Shown here: piece after piece, positions 35,989 to 45,912 of the stretch
Layout of the letters: every line of letters begins with the position of its first letter
Position numbering within the stretch: position 1 is the first letter of the stretch
Assembly: GCA_007375595.1 (NCBI GenBank)
Contig: VMEP01000001.1
Span: forward strand, 479,184 to 543,183
Direction: 5' to 3'
DNA from: Parcubacteria group bacterium LiPW_30
Lineage (GTDB): Bacteria > Patescibacteriota > Minisyncoccia > Phycocordibacterales > VMEP01
DNA: 64,000 bases
The notes under the pieces: model-generated
Database searches by the model: none
What the model saw: only the letters and a program-made list of their open reading frames with translations
What the model was told of the DNA's origin: nothing
Program-made: the position numbers and the translations under genes

Positions 35989-37203
35989 ATGGGATTTTTT
36001 TCAAAAAATGATAAGGAGTTCGTTCTTTTGTTTGATATCGGAAATGGGAGTATTGGTGTTGCTGTCGCTGAAATTTCTGACAATAAAAATATCTTAAACA
36101 AAGCAAAGCTCGTAGAGGTTTATAGAGAAACGATTCCTTTTCAAGAGCATTTACGATTTGATCATTTTACGAAAACTGTTGCTAAGAGTATTGAAAGTGC
36201 CGCAAAGAGGGTGCAAGCTGAGTTAAAATATCCAATTGAAAAAGCATATCTTATTTTGGCTTCTCCTTGGTATGCATCCCAAACGCGAGTGGTTAATTTA
36301 CGCAAAAGCGAACCCTTTACTTTTACTGAAGAATTATTCGCAGAAATGATTAAAAAAGAGAGTGATGATTTTAAGAATGAACATATAAAAGGCAGGTTTA
36401 AGAAGGCCGCAAAAGAAGATAATTTGGTTTTAATTGAGCAACATGTCGTTCAGCTAAAATGTAATGGTTATGAAATTGAAGATCCTTTTGATAAGAAAGT
36501 AAAAACCATTGAAATGCCTTTGTATTTAAGTGTTGCCCCACAAGTTGTTTTGGAGGCGTTTGTTTCCGCTATAAAAAATGTTTTTCCGAAAATTGACATA
36601 GTTTTCGGTACGTTTCCGTTAGCCTACTTTTTCGCAGCTCGAGAACTTTATCCTAAATTTGACGATGCGCTTTTAGTTGATGTGAGTGGAGAGGTGACCG
36701 ATATAGCTTTTGTTTTAAACGGAGCATTACTTGAAATAACGTCTTTCCCTCTTGGGAGAAACACAATTTTTCGTCGACTCTCTTCTTCTTTACATAGACC
36801 AGCAGAAGAAATTATTTCTTTATTGAGCACTTTCTTTACCGGTAAAACCAATAAAGAAATGAGTATTAAGATTGAAAAAGCTTTTGCTGAAGTAGCTGAT
36901 TCCTGGGTGGTTTCGTTTGAAAAAGCGCTCGAGAAATTAGCTGACACGTTTTATCTACCAGATCAGGTTTTCTTGACAGCCGACGATGACATCAAAAAAT
37001 GGCTTGTTGAGGGCATAAAAAAAGAAAGTTTTAGTCAATACGTTATGACTCACACTCCGTTTTCCGTTGTTGATACGAATACTCTTTTTAATGCGCGAGG
37101 AAAGCATATTTTTGAAAAAGGAGAAGTCGATGTTTTTCTTGGAATAGGGGCTTTTTACATTATTCATAATACTAATAAAAATTTTCGTTCGGAGGCGTTC
37201 TAG
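35989..37203 (+). CDS. Actin-fold ATPase-like protein (FtsA/PilM family)
   Basis: FDIGNGSIGVAV phosphate-1-like motif and VDVSGEVTDIAFVLNG phosphate-2-like motif. Glycines are degenerate. Confidence 0.4.
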   Translation: MGFFSKNDKEFVLLFDIGNGSIGVAVAEISDNKNILNKAKLVEVYRETIPFQEHLRFDHFTKTVAKSIESAAKRVQAELKYPIEKAYLILASPWYASQTRVVNLRKSEPFTFTEELFAEMIKKESDDFKNEHIKGRFKKAAKEDNLVLIEQHVVQLKCNGYEIEDPFDKKVKTIEMPLYLSVAPQVVLEAFVSAIKNVFPKIDIVFGTFPLAYFFAARELYPKFDDALLVDVSGEVTDIAFVLNGALLEITSFPLGRNTIFRRLSSSLHRPAEEIISLLSTFFTGKTNKEMSIKIEKAFAEVADSWVVSFEKALEKLADTFYLPDQVFLTADDDIKKWLVEGIKKESFSQYVMTHTPFSVVDTNTLFNARGKHIFEKGEVDVFLGIGAFYIIHNTNKNFRSEAF

Positions 37204-37221
37204 GTGGTATAATCTAAATAT

Positions 37222-38583
37222 ATGAAGGAAAAGAAAATTCTAAGTGATGTGGTAATACGAAATACAGCTGGAAGAAGACCACTTTCCGACGTCATTCAAA
37301 GAAATAATCATAAACAACAAACACCTATAAAAAACAGGGAGGTGATAAAACCTGTACAGAAAAAGAAAGAAGTTGAGTATGTTATTAAAGAACCAACTAT
37401 CCACCGAGAAAATGCTACTGTTGGAGACCTTAATAAAACTAAAAATCTTGTTAAAAAAACAGCTTGGGTTTCAATTCCAGTCGGCATCATTTTGGTTGTT
37501 TATCTCGTAATATCAATTTTATTTTCTGGCGCAGAACTAAAAATTACCCCAAAGTCTGAACAGCTTGAAGTTTCAGCTTCACTAAATGCAAAAAAGGGTG
37601 ATGCAAAAACAAGTTTTGCTTTTGAGACAGTAAGTTTATCTGAAGAGGGAAGTAAACTCGTTGCCTCAACTGGTACTAAAGACGTTTCAGAAAAAGCTAC
37701 TGGCCGAGTTGTTATTTATAATGCCTATAGCACTGCAACTCAGAAATTAATTAAAGACACTAGATTAGAAACTACCGACGGAAAAATATACCGTATTGTT
37801 TCAAACATTGTTGTTCCAGGTCTTAAAACTGTTAATGGAGAGACAATCCCCGGTTCAGTCGAAGTTTCGGTATATGCTGACAAGCCCGGCGAGCAATACA
37901 ACATAGGACTAGCAGACTTCACAATTACAGGATTTAAAGGTGACCCTAGGTACAGTAAATTCTATGCACGCTCGAAGGGGGAGATAAAAGGAGGTTATGT
38001 TGGCAGTGTTCAAGTGGCATCACCAGACGCTGTCAATGCGACCAGAAATGAACTTAGAACAGTGATTAAGGACTCACTATTAAGACAAATTTCATCACAA
38101 ATACCAGAATCTTTTGTCTTATTTAAAGAGGCGTCAGAAATTACCTTCGAGACAAAAGACGATCTAAAGAATGAAAGTGGAGTTATTGTCAAAGAGGAAG
38201 GAACTTATACGGGAATACTTTTACCAAAGAATTTGTTGTCTGAAGAAATTTTAAAGAAGGCCAACTATTCAATGAAAGATGTTGATGCGACAACTCTAAA
38301 AAATACAGAAAGCTTAGTTTTTATGTTTGATGGTGCCAACGAGTCACTACTTAAAGCAACAAGCATAAGCTTCACGCTTAAAGGAACAGCAATAGTAGAA
38401 GCTCTGGTTGATACTGAAAAATTGAAAAAAGATATTGCCGGAAAACCAAGAAGTGATTTTAATAAACTACTTGCAGATTACAAGGGGATTAAGACCGCAA
38501 CACTTTCTATGAATCCTTTCTGGGCTCGATATATTCCAACAAATGAAGAAAAGATCACTATTGTCCAAACTAGCGATAGATAG
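37222..38583 (+). CDS. Hypothetical bitopic membrane protein (453 aa) with a large extracytoplasmic domain
   Basis: Basic N-terminus, a single TM (AWVSIPVGIILVVYLVISILF) and a soluble domain with no motif. Confidence 0.45.
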   Translation: MKEKKILSDVVIRNTAGRRPLSDVIQRNNHKQQTPIKNREVIKPVQKKKEVEYVIKEPTIHRENATVGDLNKTKNLVKKTAWVSIPVGIILVVYLVISILFSGAELKITPKSEQLEVSASLNAKKGDAKTSFAFETVSLSEEGSKLVASTGTKDVSEKATGRVVIYNAYSTATQKLIKDTRLETTDGKIYRIVSNIVVPGLKTVNGETIPGSVEVSVYADKPGEQYNIGLADFTITGFKGDPRYSKFYARSKGEIKGGYVGSVQVASPDAVNATRNELRTVIKDSLLRQISSQIPESFVLFKEASEITFETKDDLKNESGVIVKEEGTYTGILLPKNLLSEEILKKANYSMKDVDATTLKNTESLVFMFDGANESLLKATSISFTLKGTAIVEALVDTEKLKKDIAGKPRSDFNKLLADYKGIKTATLSMNPFWARYIPTNEEKITIVQTSDR

Positions 38584-38651
38584 CTACAAGTTAATGAGTT
38601 CTTTTTAAGGTAAGACGTTTTTCCGTACGCACATTTCTGGGTATTTTATTT

Positions 38652-38683
38652 CCCGCATACACCCCTAAAATACCTTGCGCAGA
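38652..38683. repeat. Intergenic element copy C: 32-nt module 1 (CCCGCATACACCCCTAAAATACCTTGCGCAGA), identical to 24352-24383
   Basis: Exact 32-mer shared with locus B. A longer variable body (to about 38850) contains the module CATTACGGAGCGCGACGG, shared with loci A and D. Confidence 0.5.
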
Positions 38684-38866
38684 CTTGTGAATTTTCTTAA
38701 AAATTCCCCTTTTTCCATTTTAAAAACATTACGGAGCGCGACGGTATTTCGTATCTAAATACCCATAAGATACAGCTGAAAGACATTGCGGAATGCGGCG
38801 GCATGAGCATAGCAAAAATTTAGCAAAGTTTTATGCGTGTCTTTCAGATGTATCTTAATAAGAAAT

Positions 38867-38895
38867 TTGACTAAAAACCCATATTTTGTTATATT
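38867..38895 (+). promoter_or_regulatory. sigma70-like promoter TTGACT-17 nt-TATATT upstream of infA
   Basis: Hexamers and spacing read from the sequence. Confidence 0.4.
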
Positions 38896-38906
38896 TCAAA
38901 CACTAA

Positions 38907-39125
38907 ATGAGTAATGAAGTTGATCCAGAATTAGTGAAAGAGGGGGTTGTAACCGAAGCGTTACCTAGCACCCTTTTTAGAGTTACGCTTAAGGATGGGT
39001 CAGAGATTCTTGCTTACTTGGGAGGGAAAATGCGCTTTAACCGAATCAAGGTTTTAATCGGAGATAAGGTTTCGGTACAGCTTGACCCGTACGGTGGTAA
39101 AGGAAGGGTTGTAAAAAGATTATAG
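38907..39125 (+). CDS. infA: Translation initiation factor IF-1
   Basis: 72-aa S1-like OB fold (GVVTEALPSTLFRVTLKDG...GKMR). Confidence 0.9.
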   Translation: MSNEVDPELVKEGVVTEALPSTLFRVTLKDGSEILAYLGGKMRFNRIKVLIGDKVSVQLDPYGGKGRVVKRL

Positions 39126-39207
39126 ATATTGTAGTATACGAAACACGACACTCCCTGAAAAAGGGTTGGGTTCTGTTTTTGTTAGTGCAAAATTTTAAAT
39201 AAAAAAA

Positions 39208-39321
39208 ATGAAAGTAAAGTCGTCGGTAAAAAAAAGATGCGCAAAATGTAAAATGGTACGCCGTAAGGGTTTAGTCGTTGTTATTTGCGATAATCCACGC
39301 CATAAACAAAGACAAGGATAG
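39208..39321 (+). CDS. rpmJ: 50S ribosomal protein L36
   Basis: 37-aa [37 protein letters not shown], found by eye because it is below the ORF-track cutoff. Sits in the expected infA-rpmJ-rpsM position. Confidence 0.85.
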   Translation: MKVKSSVKKRCAKCKMVRRKGLVVVICDNPRHKQRQG

Positions 39322-39341
39322 TCTTAATTTTAAGTATAAAC

Positions 39342-39722
39342 ATGAGAATTTTTGGTATAACAGTCCCAGAACAAAAAAGATTAGAGATAGCTCTAACTGT
39401 TTTTTACGGAATTGGTCGCCCAAGAGCTCAAGAAATCCTTGATCGTGCCGGCGTGCCATATGGTAAAAAAGCAACCGAATTAAGTACCGACGAAGAAGCT
39501 AAGATTCGTAAAGAAATTGAATCCATAAAACTTGAAGGAGATTTGAGACGCGAAATAGGAGCAAACGTTAAGCGATTGAAAGACATTAAGTCTTATCGCG
39601 GAACAAGACACGCAAAACGCCTTCCAGCACGCGGTCAGCGCACAAAAACTAACTCCCGTACCGTTCGTGGAAACGTTCGAAAGACGATGGGTTCAGGAAG
39701 ACGTAAGGCTGAAAAGACATAA
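39342..39722 (+). CDS. rpsM: 30S ribosomal protein S13
   Basis: MRIFGITVPEQKRLEIALTVFYGIGRPRAQEIL. Confidence 0.9.
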   Translation: MRIFGITVPEQKRLEIALTVFYGIGRPRAQEILDRAGVPYGKKATELSTDEEAKIRKEIESIKLEGDLRREIGANVKRLKDIKSYRGTRHAKRLPARGQRTKTNSRTVRGNVRKTMGSGRRKAEKT

Positions 39723-39728
39723 AATAAC

Positions 39729-40163
39729 ATGGGTAAAAAAAGAATTATAAAAAAAGGAGGAAGTGGAGCCGATGAAGGACTAAAGTCCCGTTCTTTGTCG
39801 AAGGTTCCAAAAAAGAAAGTTGTATCAGGAACCCTTTATGTTGGCGCAACATACAACAACACCAAGTTGCTCTTGGCGGATAAAAGCGGAAATGCTTTGT
39901 TCTGGTCATCTTCTGGTGCACTTGGTTTCAAAGGTGCAAAAAAGGGTACTCCATTCGCAGCCGCAAAAGTTGGCGAGCTTATGGGTGAAAAAGGTTTACT
40001 CGTTGGAATGAAAGAAGTCAACGTTATTATAAAAGGGGTTGGCCCAGGAAGAGAGTCTTCTGTTAGAGCTTTTATTTCAAAAGGAATTGACCTTGAGGGT
40101 GTTAAGGATAAAACACCAGTCCCACATAATGGACCAAAGCCTAAGAAGCCACGAAGAATATAA
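39729..40163 (+). CDS. rpsK: 30S ribosomal protein S11
   Basis: GTLYVGATYNNTKLLLADKSGNAL...ALGFKGAKKGTPFAA. Confidence 0.9.
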   Translation: MGKKRIIKKGGSGADEGLKSRSLSKVPKKKVVSGTLYVGATYNNTKLLLADKSGNALFWSSSGALGFKGAKKGTPFAAAKVGELMGEKGLLVGMKEVNVIIKGVGPGRESSVRAFISKGIDLEGVKDKTPVPHNGPKPKKPRRI

Positions 40164-40168
40164 ATATC

Positions 40169-40801
40169 ATGATAATCGATAAAAAATGTAAAGTTTGCCG
40201 TCGTGCTGGAGAGAAACTTTTCCTTAAAGGGGAAAAGTGTTTTACCCCAAAATGTGTTTTTAATAAAAAACCATATGCACCAGGCAAGCTTGATTCAGAA
40301 AGAAAGCATAAATCAACTCTTACTGAATATGGTCGCCAGCTTAGAGAAAAGCAGAAAGTTCGTAATATTTACGGAGTAAGCGAAAAGCAATTTTCAAACT
40401 ATGTTGTTAAGGCATCTGAAAAGAAATCTGGAGACCCAGCAGAGCGCCTTTATCAGAGTCTTGAGAATCGTCTTGATAACGTTACATTCCGTCTTGGTTT
40501 AGCAAAATCAAGAACAATGGCAAGGCAGATGGTTTCCCATGGACACATTACAGTCAACGGGGTTCGTTCAATGGTGGCTTCAAGAGCAATTAAAATTGGA
40601 GATGTTATTGCTGTTCGAGAGGGAAGCAAGGAAACAGCTCCAATCATTGAAGCCGGAAAAAGAATGTTAGATCATAAAGTACCAGGGTGGATTTCTTTTG
40701 ACGCAAAGACAGGTAGGGCGGAAATAAAAAGCCTACCTTCTGAGAAAGAAAAAGATATGACGGTTAACTTACATTCGGTGATTGAATTTTATAGTCGTTA
40801 A
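40169..40801 (+). CDS. rpsD: 30S ribosomal protein S4
   Basis: N-terminal Cys cluster, then a YGVSEKQF and S4 domain. Confidence 0.9.
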   Translation: MIIDKKCKVCRRAGEKLFLKGEKCFTPKCVFNKKPYAPGKLDSERKHKSTLTEYGRQLREKQKVRNIYGVSEKQFSNYVVKASEKKSGDPAERLYQSLENRLDNVTFRLGLAKSRTMARQMVSHGHITVNGVRSMVASRAIKIGDVIAVREGSKETAPIIEAGKRMLDHKVPGWISFDAKTGRAEIKSLPSEKEKDMTVNLHSVIEFYSR

Positions 40802-40824
40802 TTTATTAATTTTAAAAAAATATT

Positions 40825-41793
40825 ATGTCTGACCACAACATTATTTTACCTTCAAAGCCGAAAGTTATTTCGGATGAGGAAACAAGTGCTGTTTTTGAAA
40901 TCGAGGGACTCTATCCTGGTTATGGACACACACTAGGTAACTCTCTTCGTCGTATAATTCTATCCTCCCTTCCTGGGGCTGCTATAACTGCGCTCAAGAT
41001 AGATGGAGTTAGCCATGAATTTTCTGTAATCGACGGAGTTAAAGAAGATGTTGTTGGTATTTTGTTGAACTTAAAGAAGGTTCGTTTTAAACTACTTACC
41101 GACGAACCACAGAAGGTTACCCTTTCTGTTAAGGGACCTAAGGTTGTTACCGCAAAGGATATTGTCACACCAGGACAGGTTGAAGTTTTAAATGGAGATG
41201 CTTACATAGCAGAACTTGTTGGAAAGGGTTCATCTTTAAATATTGAATTAAGTATTGAAAAAGGCCTTGGTTACGTTCCAAAAGAGGCGATGCATAAAGA
41301 CAAGGTTGATATAGGTAGTATTGCAGTAGATGCCATTTTTACTCCAATTCGTCGCGTTAATTACGAAGTTGAGAACATGCGTGTTGGCGATCGTACAGAC
41401 TACAACCGCCTACGTATTTTTGTTGAGACCGATGGTACATTAACTCCCCGCGAAGCTCTTGAAAATTCTATTGAAGTTATGATTCATCAGCTTAAAGCCA
41501 TCGTTGGTTTTAAGGAACCTGAAGTTGAGATTGATGGACGAGCTGTTTCTTCTTCTAGTAAGAATGAAGGTGAGGGAGAGAAAGGTGAAGACGATGACGT
41601 TATGAAGACAAGAATAGAAACTCTTGATTTTTCAACTAGAACATTAAATGCCTTGACCAATGCAAACATCCGCACAATCGGTGGTTTGGCACGAAAAAAG
41701 AAAGATGATTTACTTGAAGTCGGCGGTTTAGGAGAAAAAGGAATTCAGGAAATCAAGCGTGTGCTTGGTAATTTCGGAATCACACTAAAATAA
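40825..41793 (+). CDS. rpoA: DNA-directed RNA polymerase subunit alpha
   Basis: N-terminal dimerisation domain ([25 protein letters not shown]) and an alpha-CTD HhH. Confidence 0.9.
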   Translation: [322 protein letters not shown]

Positions 41794-41794
41794 C

Positions 41795-42151
41795 ATGCGT
41801 CACCATAATGCAAACAGAAAATTCGGTCGTGTAAGAAAAGTGAGAAAAGCACTTATGCGTTCTCTCGCGCTTGCTCTTATTGTTCGTGGGAAGATAAAAA
41901 CTACAGAAGCAAAAGCAAAAGAACTTCGACCATATATTGAAAAATTTGTTACAAGAGCAAAGAAAGATTCTCTTGCGTCAAGACGCCTTGTTGGTGCTGA
42001 GTTTTTCAACAGCACGAAAGAAGTCAAAAAACTTTTTGAAGTTATCGCCCCTAAATATGTTGAAAGACCGGGTGGTTATACTCGTATAACCAAACTTTCA
42101 ACACCAAGAAAGGGTGATGCAAGTAAGCTTGCTGTTATCGAATTTATATAA
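41795..42151 (+). CDS. rplQ: 50S ribosomal protein L17
   Basis: MRHHNANRKFGRVRKVRKALMRSLALALI. Confidence 0.9.
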   Translation: MRHHNANRKFGRVRKVRKALMRSLALALIVRGKIKTTEAKAKELRPYIEKFVTRAKKDSLASRRLVGAEFFNSTKEVKKLFEVIAPKYVERPGGYTRITKLSTPRKGDASKLAVIEFI

Positions 42152-42159
42152 AAAAGATT

Positions 42160-42504
42160 ATGAAATACACAATAGATGCTACAGGAAGAACAATAGGTAG
42201 AGTCGCAGCGGAAGCAGCTTCTTTGCTTATGGGTAAAAACACAACATCTTTTGTGCGAAACAAAGCACCGGAGGTTACTGTCACTGTTCTAAACTGCTCA
42301 AAAGCAAAGGTTACAGAGAAGAAAAAGAAGCAAACTCTATTTCATACTTACTCTGGATACCCTGGTGGTTTAAAAGAAAGGCGCTTAGAAGAGGTTGCCG
42401 AGAAAAAGGGTATGAAGGAAGTTATGTTAATTGCAATCACAGGAATGCTTCCCAAAAATAGATTGCAAGCCGTTATGTTAAAGAATTTGATTGTCACCGA
42501 ATAA
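42160..42504 (+). CDS. rplM: 50S ribosomal protein L13
   Basis: IDATGRTIGRVAAEAASLLMGKN. Confidence 0.85.
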   Translation: MKYTIDATGRTIGRVAAEAASLLMGKNTTSFVRNKAPEVTVTVLNCSKAKVTEKKKKQTLFHTYSGYPGGLKERRLEEVAEKKGMKEVMLIAITGMLPKNRLQAVMLKNLIVTE

Positions 42505-42508
42505 TAAT

Positions 42509-42928
42509 ATGGAAACTACAACAAAAACCAAAAAAGAAGGACGCTATATTGAGACAGTCGGCCGTCGCAAGACATCATCTGCTCGTGTTCGCGTAACTCC
42601 TGGAGCAAAATTGAATGTTATTGTTAATGAGAAAGACTACAAAGAATATTTCCCAACAGAAGAAATGCAGGGAATTATCACAGATGCTTTCAATAAAGCA
42701 AAGCCACTAGAGAAATACTCTGTTACAGCACTTGTTAAGGGTGGTGGTATTCACTCACAGGCAGAAGCTGTGCGACACGGAATAGCTCGCGCGCTATCTA
42801 CAACAGACGAGGAATTGAAAACTCGTCTAAAGAGACTTGGTTATTTAAAGCGTGACCCAAGAATGAAGGAAAGAAGGAAGTTCGGTTTGAAGAAGGCACG
42901 AAAGGCTCCACAGTGGTCGAAACGTTAG
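42509..42928 (+). CDS. rpsI: 30S ribosomal protein S9
   Basis: GRRKTSSARVRV...C-terminal KKARKAPQWSKR. Start taken at the internal METTTK, to avoid overlap with rplM. Confidence 0.85.
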   Translation: METTTKTKKEGRYIETVGRRKTSSARVRVTPGAKLNVIVNEKDYKEYFPTEEMQGIITDAFNKAKPLEKYSVTALVKGGGIHSQAEAVRHGIARALSTTDEELKTRLKRLGYLKRDPRMKERRKFGLKKARKAPQWSKR

Positions 42929-43000
42929 TTTTCTAATAACACTCAACTATTTATCTATAATTTGATCTATGTAAAAAGTAGCTCATAATTATTTAAATTT

Positions 43001-43573
43001 ATGACAGATGAATTAAACGAGGAGGAAAATATTAAAGACGACTTTGCTTTTGAACCAGACGAAGGCGAAGGTGAAATTTCTGTTTCTAAACAAAAAATTA
43101 AAGAACTTCGTGACAAGCTGGCCACAGCGCTAAAGGAAAGAGATGAATATTTAGCTGGTTGGCAGAGGGCTAAGGCAGATTATATAAACGCAAGAAAAGA
43201 TGAACTTGCCTCGGGGACAAATGCGACACGTATTGCTAGCGAAAGAATGGTTTTAGAAATATTACCGGTACTTGATAGCTTTGCTTTAGCTTTTGCTAAC
43301 AAAGAATCGTGGGAAAAGGTTGATGAAAATTGGCGAAAAGGGGTTGAGTATATTGCATCACAACTGAAAACATCAATAAGTAATATGGGGGTAGAGGAGA
43401 TTGGTAAAATAGGTGAAGTTTTTGATCCCAATTACCACAATGCGGTAGAAAATATTCCAACTGAAGATAAGAAAGATGACCATACCATTGCGGAAATAAT
43501 TCAAAATGGATATGTTTTACAGGGAAAAGTAATAAGACCGGCAAAAGTGAAAGTTTTTGTTTTTAGTGAGTAG
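43001..43573 (+). CDS. grpE: Nucleotide exchange factor GrpE
   Basis: Coiled-coil N-terminus and a GrpE C-terminal beta domain. Confidence 0.85.
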   Translation: MTDELNEEENIKDDFAFEPDEGEGEISVSKQKIKELRDKLATALKERDEYLAGWQRAKADYINARKDELASGTNATRIASERMVLEILPVLDSFALAFANKESWEKVDENWRKGVEYIASQLKTSISNMGVEEIGKIGEVFDPNYHNAVENIPTEDKKDDHTIAEIIQNGYVLQGKVIRPAKVKVFVFSE

Positions 43574-43602
43574 AATAGGAATTTTGTCTTTTGAACCCCT
43601 GT

Positions 43603-43690
43603 ATTCGCCATTAAAATACATTACGGAGTCTGACGAGGCGAGTATAGTAAATTTTCAGCAGAAAATTATACGCGTATTTTAATGGCGAAT
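43603..43690. repeat. Intergenic hairpin element, copy D (17-bp perfect outer stem ATTCGCCATTAAAATAC/GTATTTTAATGGCGAAT enclosing CATTACGGAG... and an AATTTTC-AGCA-GAAAATT hairpin)
   Basis: Perfect 17-bp inverted repeat. The inner 21-mer AAATTTTCAGCAGAAAATTAT is identical to 13601-13621. Confidence 0.5.
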
Positions 43691-43701
43691 ATTAAAAATA
43701 A

Positions 43702-43729
43702 TTGACAATTATAAATTATTCGGTATAAT
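43702..43729 (+). promoter_or_regulatory. sigma70-like promoter TTGACA-16 nt-TATAAT upstream of dnaK
   Basis: Consensus hexamers immediately downstream of element D. No CIRCE element found. Confidence 0.55.
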
Positions 43730-43772
43730 AATTTTAATTAAGATATTTAATTTATAACTTTGTAATAAAAAT

Positions 43773-45695
43773 ATGGGAAAAATAATCGGTATTGACTTAG
43801 GAACAACAAATTCGGCCGTCGCCTTAATAGAAGGTGGCGTTCCAAAAATAATTGAAAATATTGAAGGTAATCGTACAACTCCTTCGGTTGTTGCGCTTGC
43901 TAAAAACGGAGAAAGACTTGTTGGTTTACTTGCAAAGCGTCAAGCGGTTACAAATCCAGAAAATACAGTCTATGGAATCAAGCGTCTTATGGGTCACCGT
44001 TTTGACGACGCAGAAGTAAAACGAGACAAGAGTTTTTCACCATATGCTATTGAAGAAAACGAAGGTGGAGGCGTTAAGGTTAAGATGGGTGTAGATTTTT
44101 ATCGTCCTGAGGAAATTTCAGCGATGATTCTTCAGAAGATAAAACACGACGTGGAAGCTAAGATTGGTGAGCCTGTAACAGAGGCGGTTATTACTGTGCC
44201 GGCATACTTTGATGATTCACAGCGTAAAGCAACAAAAGATGCTGGTAAAATTGCGGGCCTTGATGTAAAGCGCATTATTAATGAACCAACTGCCGCTGCT
44301 TTAGCTTATGGATTTAATAAAAAGAAAAACGAGAAAATAGTTGTTTACGACTTTGGTGGAGGAACTTTTGACGTTTCTATCTTGGAAGTTGGAGACGATG
44401 TTATTGAAGTTAAAGCAACCGACGGAGATTCTCACATGGGTGGTGAAGATATTGATCAAAAAATTGTTGCTTGGATTGCAGAACAATTTAAAAAAGAAAG
44501 TGGTATTGATATTACTAAAGATGTTTTAGCGCTTCAGAGATTAAAAGAATCTGCTGAAAAAGCAAAACACGAACTTTCGACAACAATGGAATCGGAAATT
44601 AATATTCCGTTTATAAGTTCAGACGCATCAGGACCAAAACATCTTCTTCTTAAGATGTCTCGATCGACACTAGAAGAGCTTGCTCGTGAATTTATTGATC
44701 GCTCTATTGAAATTACAAAAAGAGCTTTTGAAAAGTCACCGGTTAAGATGGGTGAAATTAATGAAATCGTAATGGTTGGTGGGCAAACACGAATGCCGGC
44801 GATTATTGCTGCGGTTAAAGAATTATTTGGCAAAGAACCAAATCGCTCAATCAACCCAGACGAAGTTGTGGCCGCAGGAGCCGCAGTTCAAGCTGGTGTT
44901 TTGCAGGGAGATGTCCGTGATATCCTATTGCTCGATGTTATTCCGCTTTCCCTTGGTATCGAGACGTTTGGAGGTGTTGCGACAAAACTTATTGAAAAGA
45001 ACATGACTATCCCAACATCTAAGTCACAGGTTTTTTCAACGGCGGCCGATAATCAAACATCTGTTGAAATACACATTGTTCAAGGTGAACGACCAATGGC
45101 GGCTGACAATAAATCTTTAGGTAGATTTATTTTGGATGGAGTGCCACCAGCACCACGTGGAATGCCCCAAGTTGAAGTTTCTCTTGATGTTGATGCCAAT
45201 GGAATTTTAAATGTCACGGCAAAAGAAAAAACTTCTGGTAAAACACAAAGCATTCGCATTGAAGCAAGTTCTGGTTTAACAGATGCTGATATTGAAAGAA
45301 TGACCAAAGAAGCTGAATTACACGCCGACGAAGATCGCAAGAAAAAAGAAGTTGCTGATTTTAAAAATGATTCAGAAATAATGGTTTATACCGCGGAAAA
45401 ATCTCTACGTGATGCAGGTGATAAGGTTCCAGCAGAAATAAAAACTTCAGTTGAAGAAAAAGTTAATGCACTAAAGGCTGTTAAAAATGGAACCGATATT
45501 GAGGCTATTAGAAAGGCTTCAACAGAGCTTTCTCTTGAAATGCAAAAAATAGGAGAGGCGATGATGAAGGCACAACAAGAAAGTGGGACTAAAGAGGAAG
45601 CGCCAAAAGATGGTGGCTCAGGGGCTCCCGAAGATAAAATCCACGACGCCGACTTTAAGGAAGGCGATACCGGGACAGAAGATAAAACATCGTAA
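43773..45695 (+). CDS. dnaK: Chaperone DnaK (Hsp70)
   Basis: [10 protein letters not shown] and DFGGGTFD Hsp70 signatures. Confidence 0.9.
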   Translation: MGKIIGIDLGTTNSAVALIEGGVPKIIENIEGNRTTPSVVALAKNGERLVGLLAKRQAVTNPENTVYGIKRLMGHRFDDAEVKRDKSFSPYAIEENEGGGVKVKMGVDFYRPEEISAMILQKIKHDVEAKIGEPVTEAVITVPAYFDDSQRKATKDAGKIAGLDVKRIINEPTAAALAYGFNKKKNEKIVVYDFGGGTFDVSILEVGDDVIEVKATDGDSHMGGEDIDQKIVAWIAEQFKKESGIDITKDVLALQRLKESAEKAKHELSTTMESEINIPFISSDASGPKHLLLKMSRSTLEELAREFIDRSIEITKRAFEKSPVKMGEINEIVMVGGQTRMPAIIAAVKELFGKEPNRSINPDEVVAAGAAVQAGVLQGDVRDILLLDVIPLSLGIETFGGVATKLIEKNMTIPTSKSQVFSTAADNQTSVEIHIVQGERPMAADNKSLGRFILDGVPPAPRGMPQVEVSLDVDANGILNVTAKEKTSGKTQSIRIEASSGLTDADIERMTKEAELHADEDRKKKEVADFKNDSEIMVYTAEKSLRDAGDKVPAEIKTSVEEKVNALKAVKNGTDIEAIRKASTELSLEMQKIGEAMMKAQQESGTKEEAPKDGGSGAPEDKIHDADFKEGDTGTEDKTS

Positions 45696-45703
45696 AATCA
45701 ACA

Positions 45704-45740
45704 AAAAAACTACTTTTTTGATAAGTAGTTTTTTTGTTTT
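45704..45740 (+). terminator. Intrinsic terminator after dnaK (AAAAAACTACTT-TTTTGAT-AAGTAGTTTTTT)
   Basis: Stem-loop with a long T-tract. Confidence 0.6.
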
Positions 45741-45912
45741 TCTTAAACTTCACCTTTATTTGTTTTTATGTATAATTCCGTATAATAATCCCGTTAGAAA
45801 TCACGCAGTTATGTTTACGGGATAAAGACGAATAAAATCGGTAATTAAAAATGAGAAAGATTATATTAAAATTAAATGATAGAAGTATTTTATACTTCTA
45901 ATTTCTAATGGG

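Noticed and set aside
42929-43000. Searched upstream of grpE and dnaK for a CIRCE (HrcA) operator
   Set aside because: No TTAGCACTC-N9-GAGTGCTAA-like inverted repeat is present. The only inverted repeat in the dnaK upstream region is repeat-family element D.
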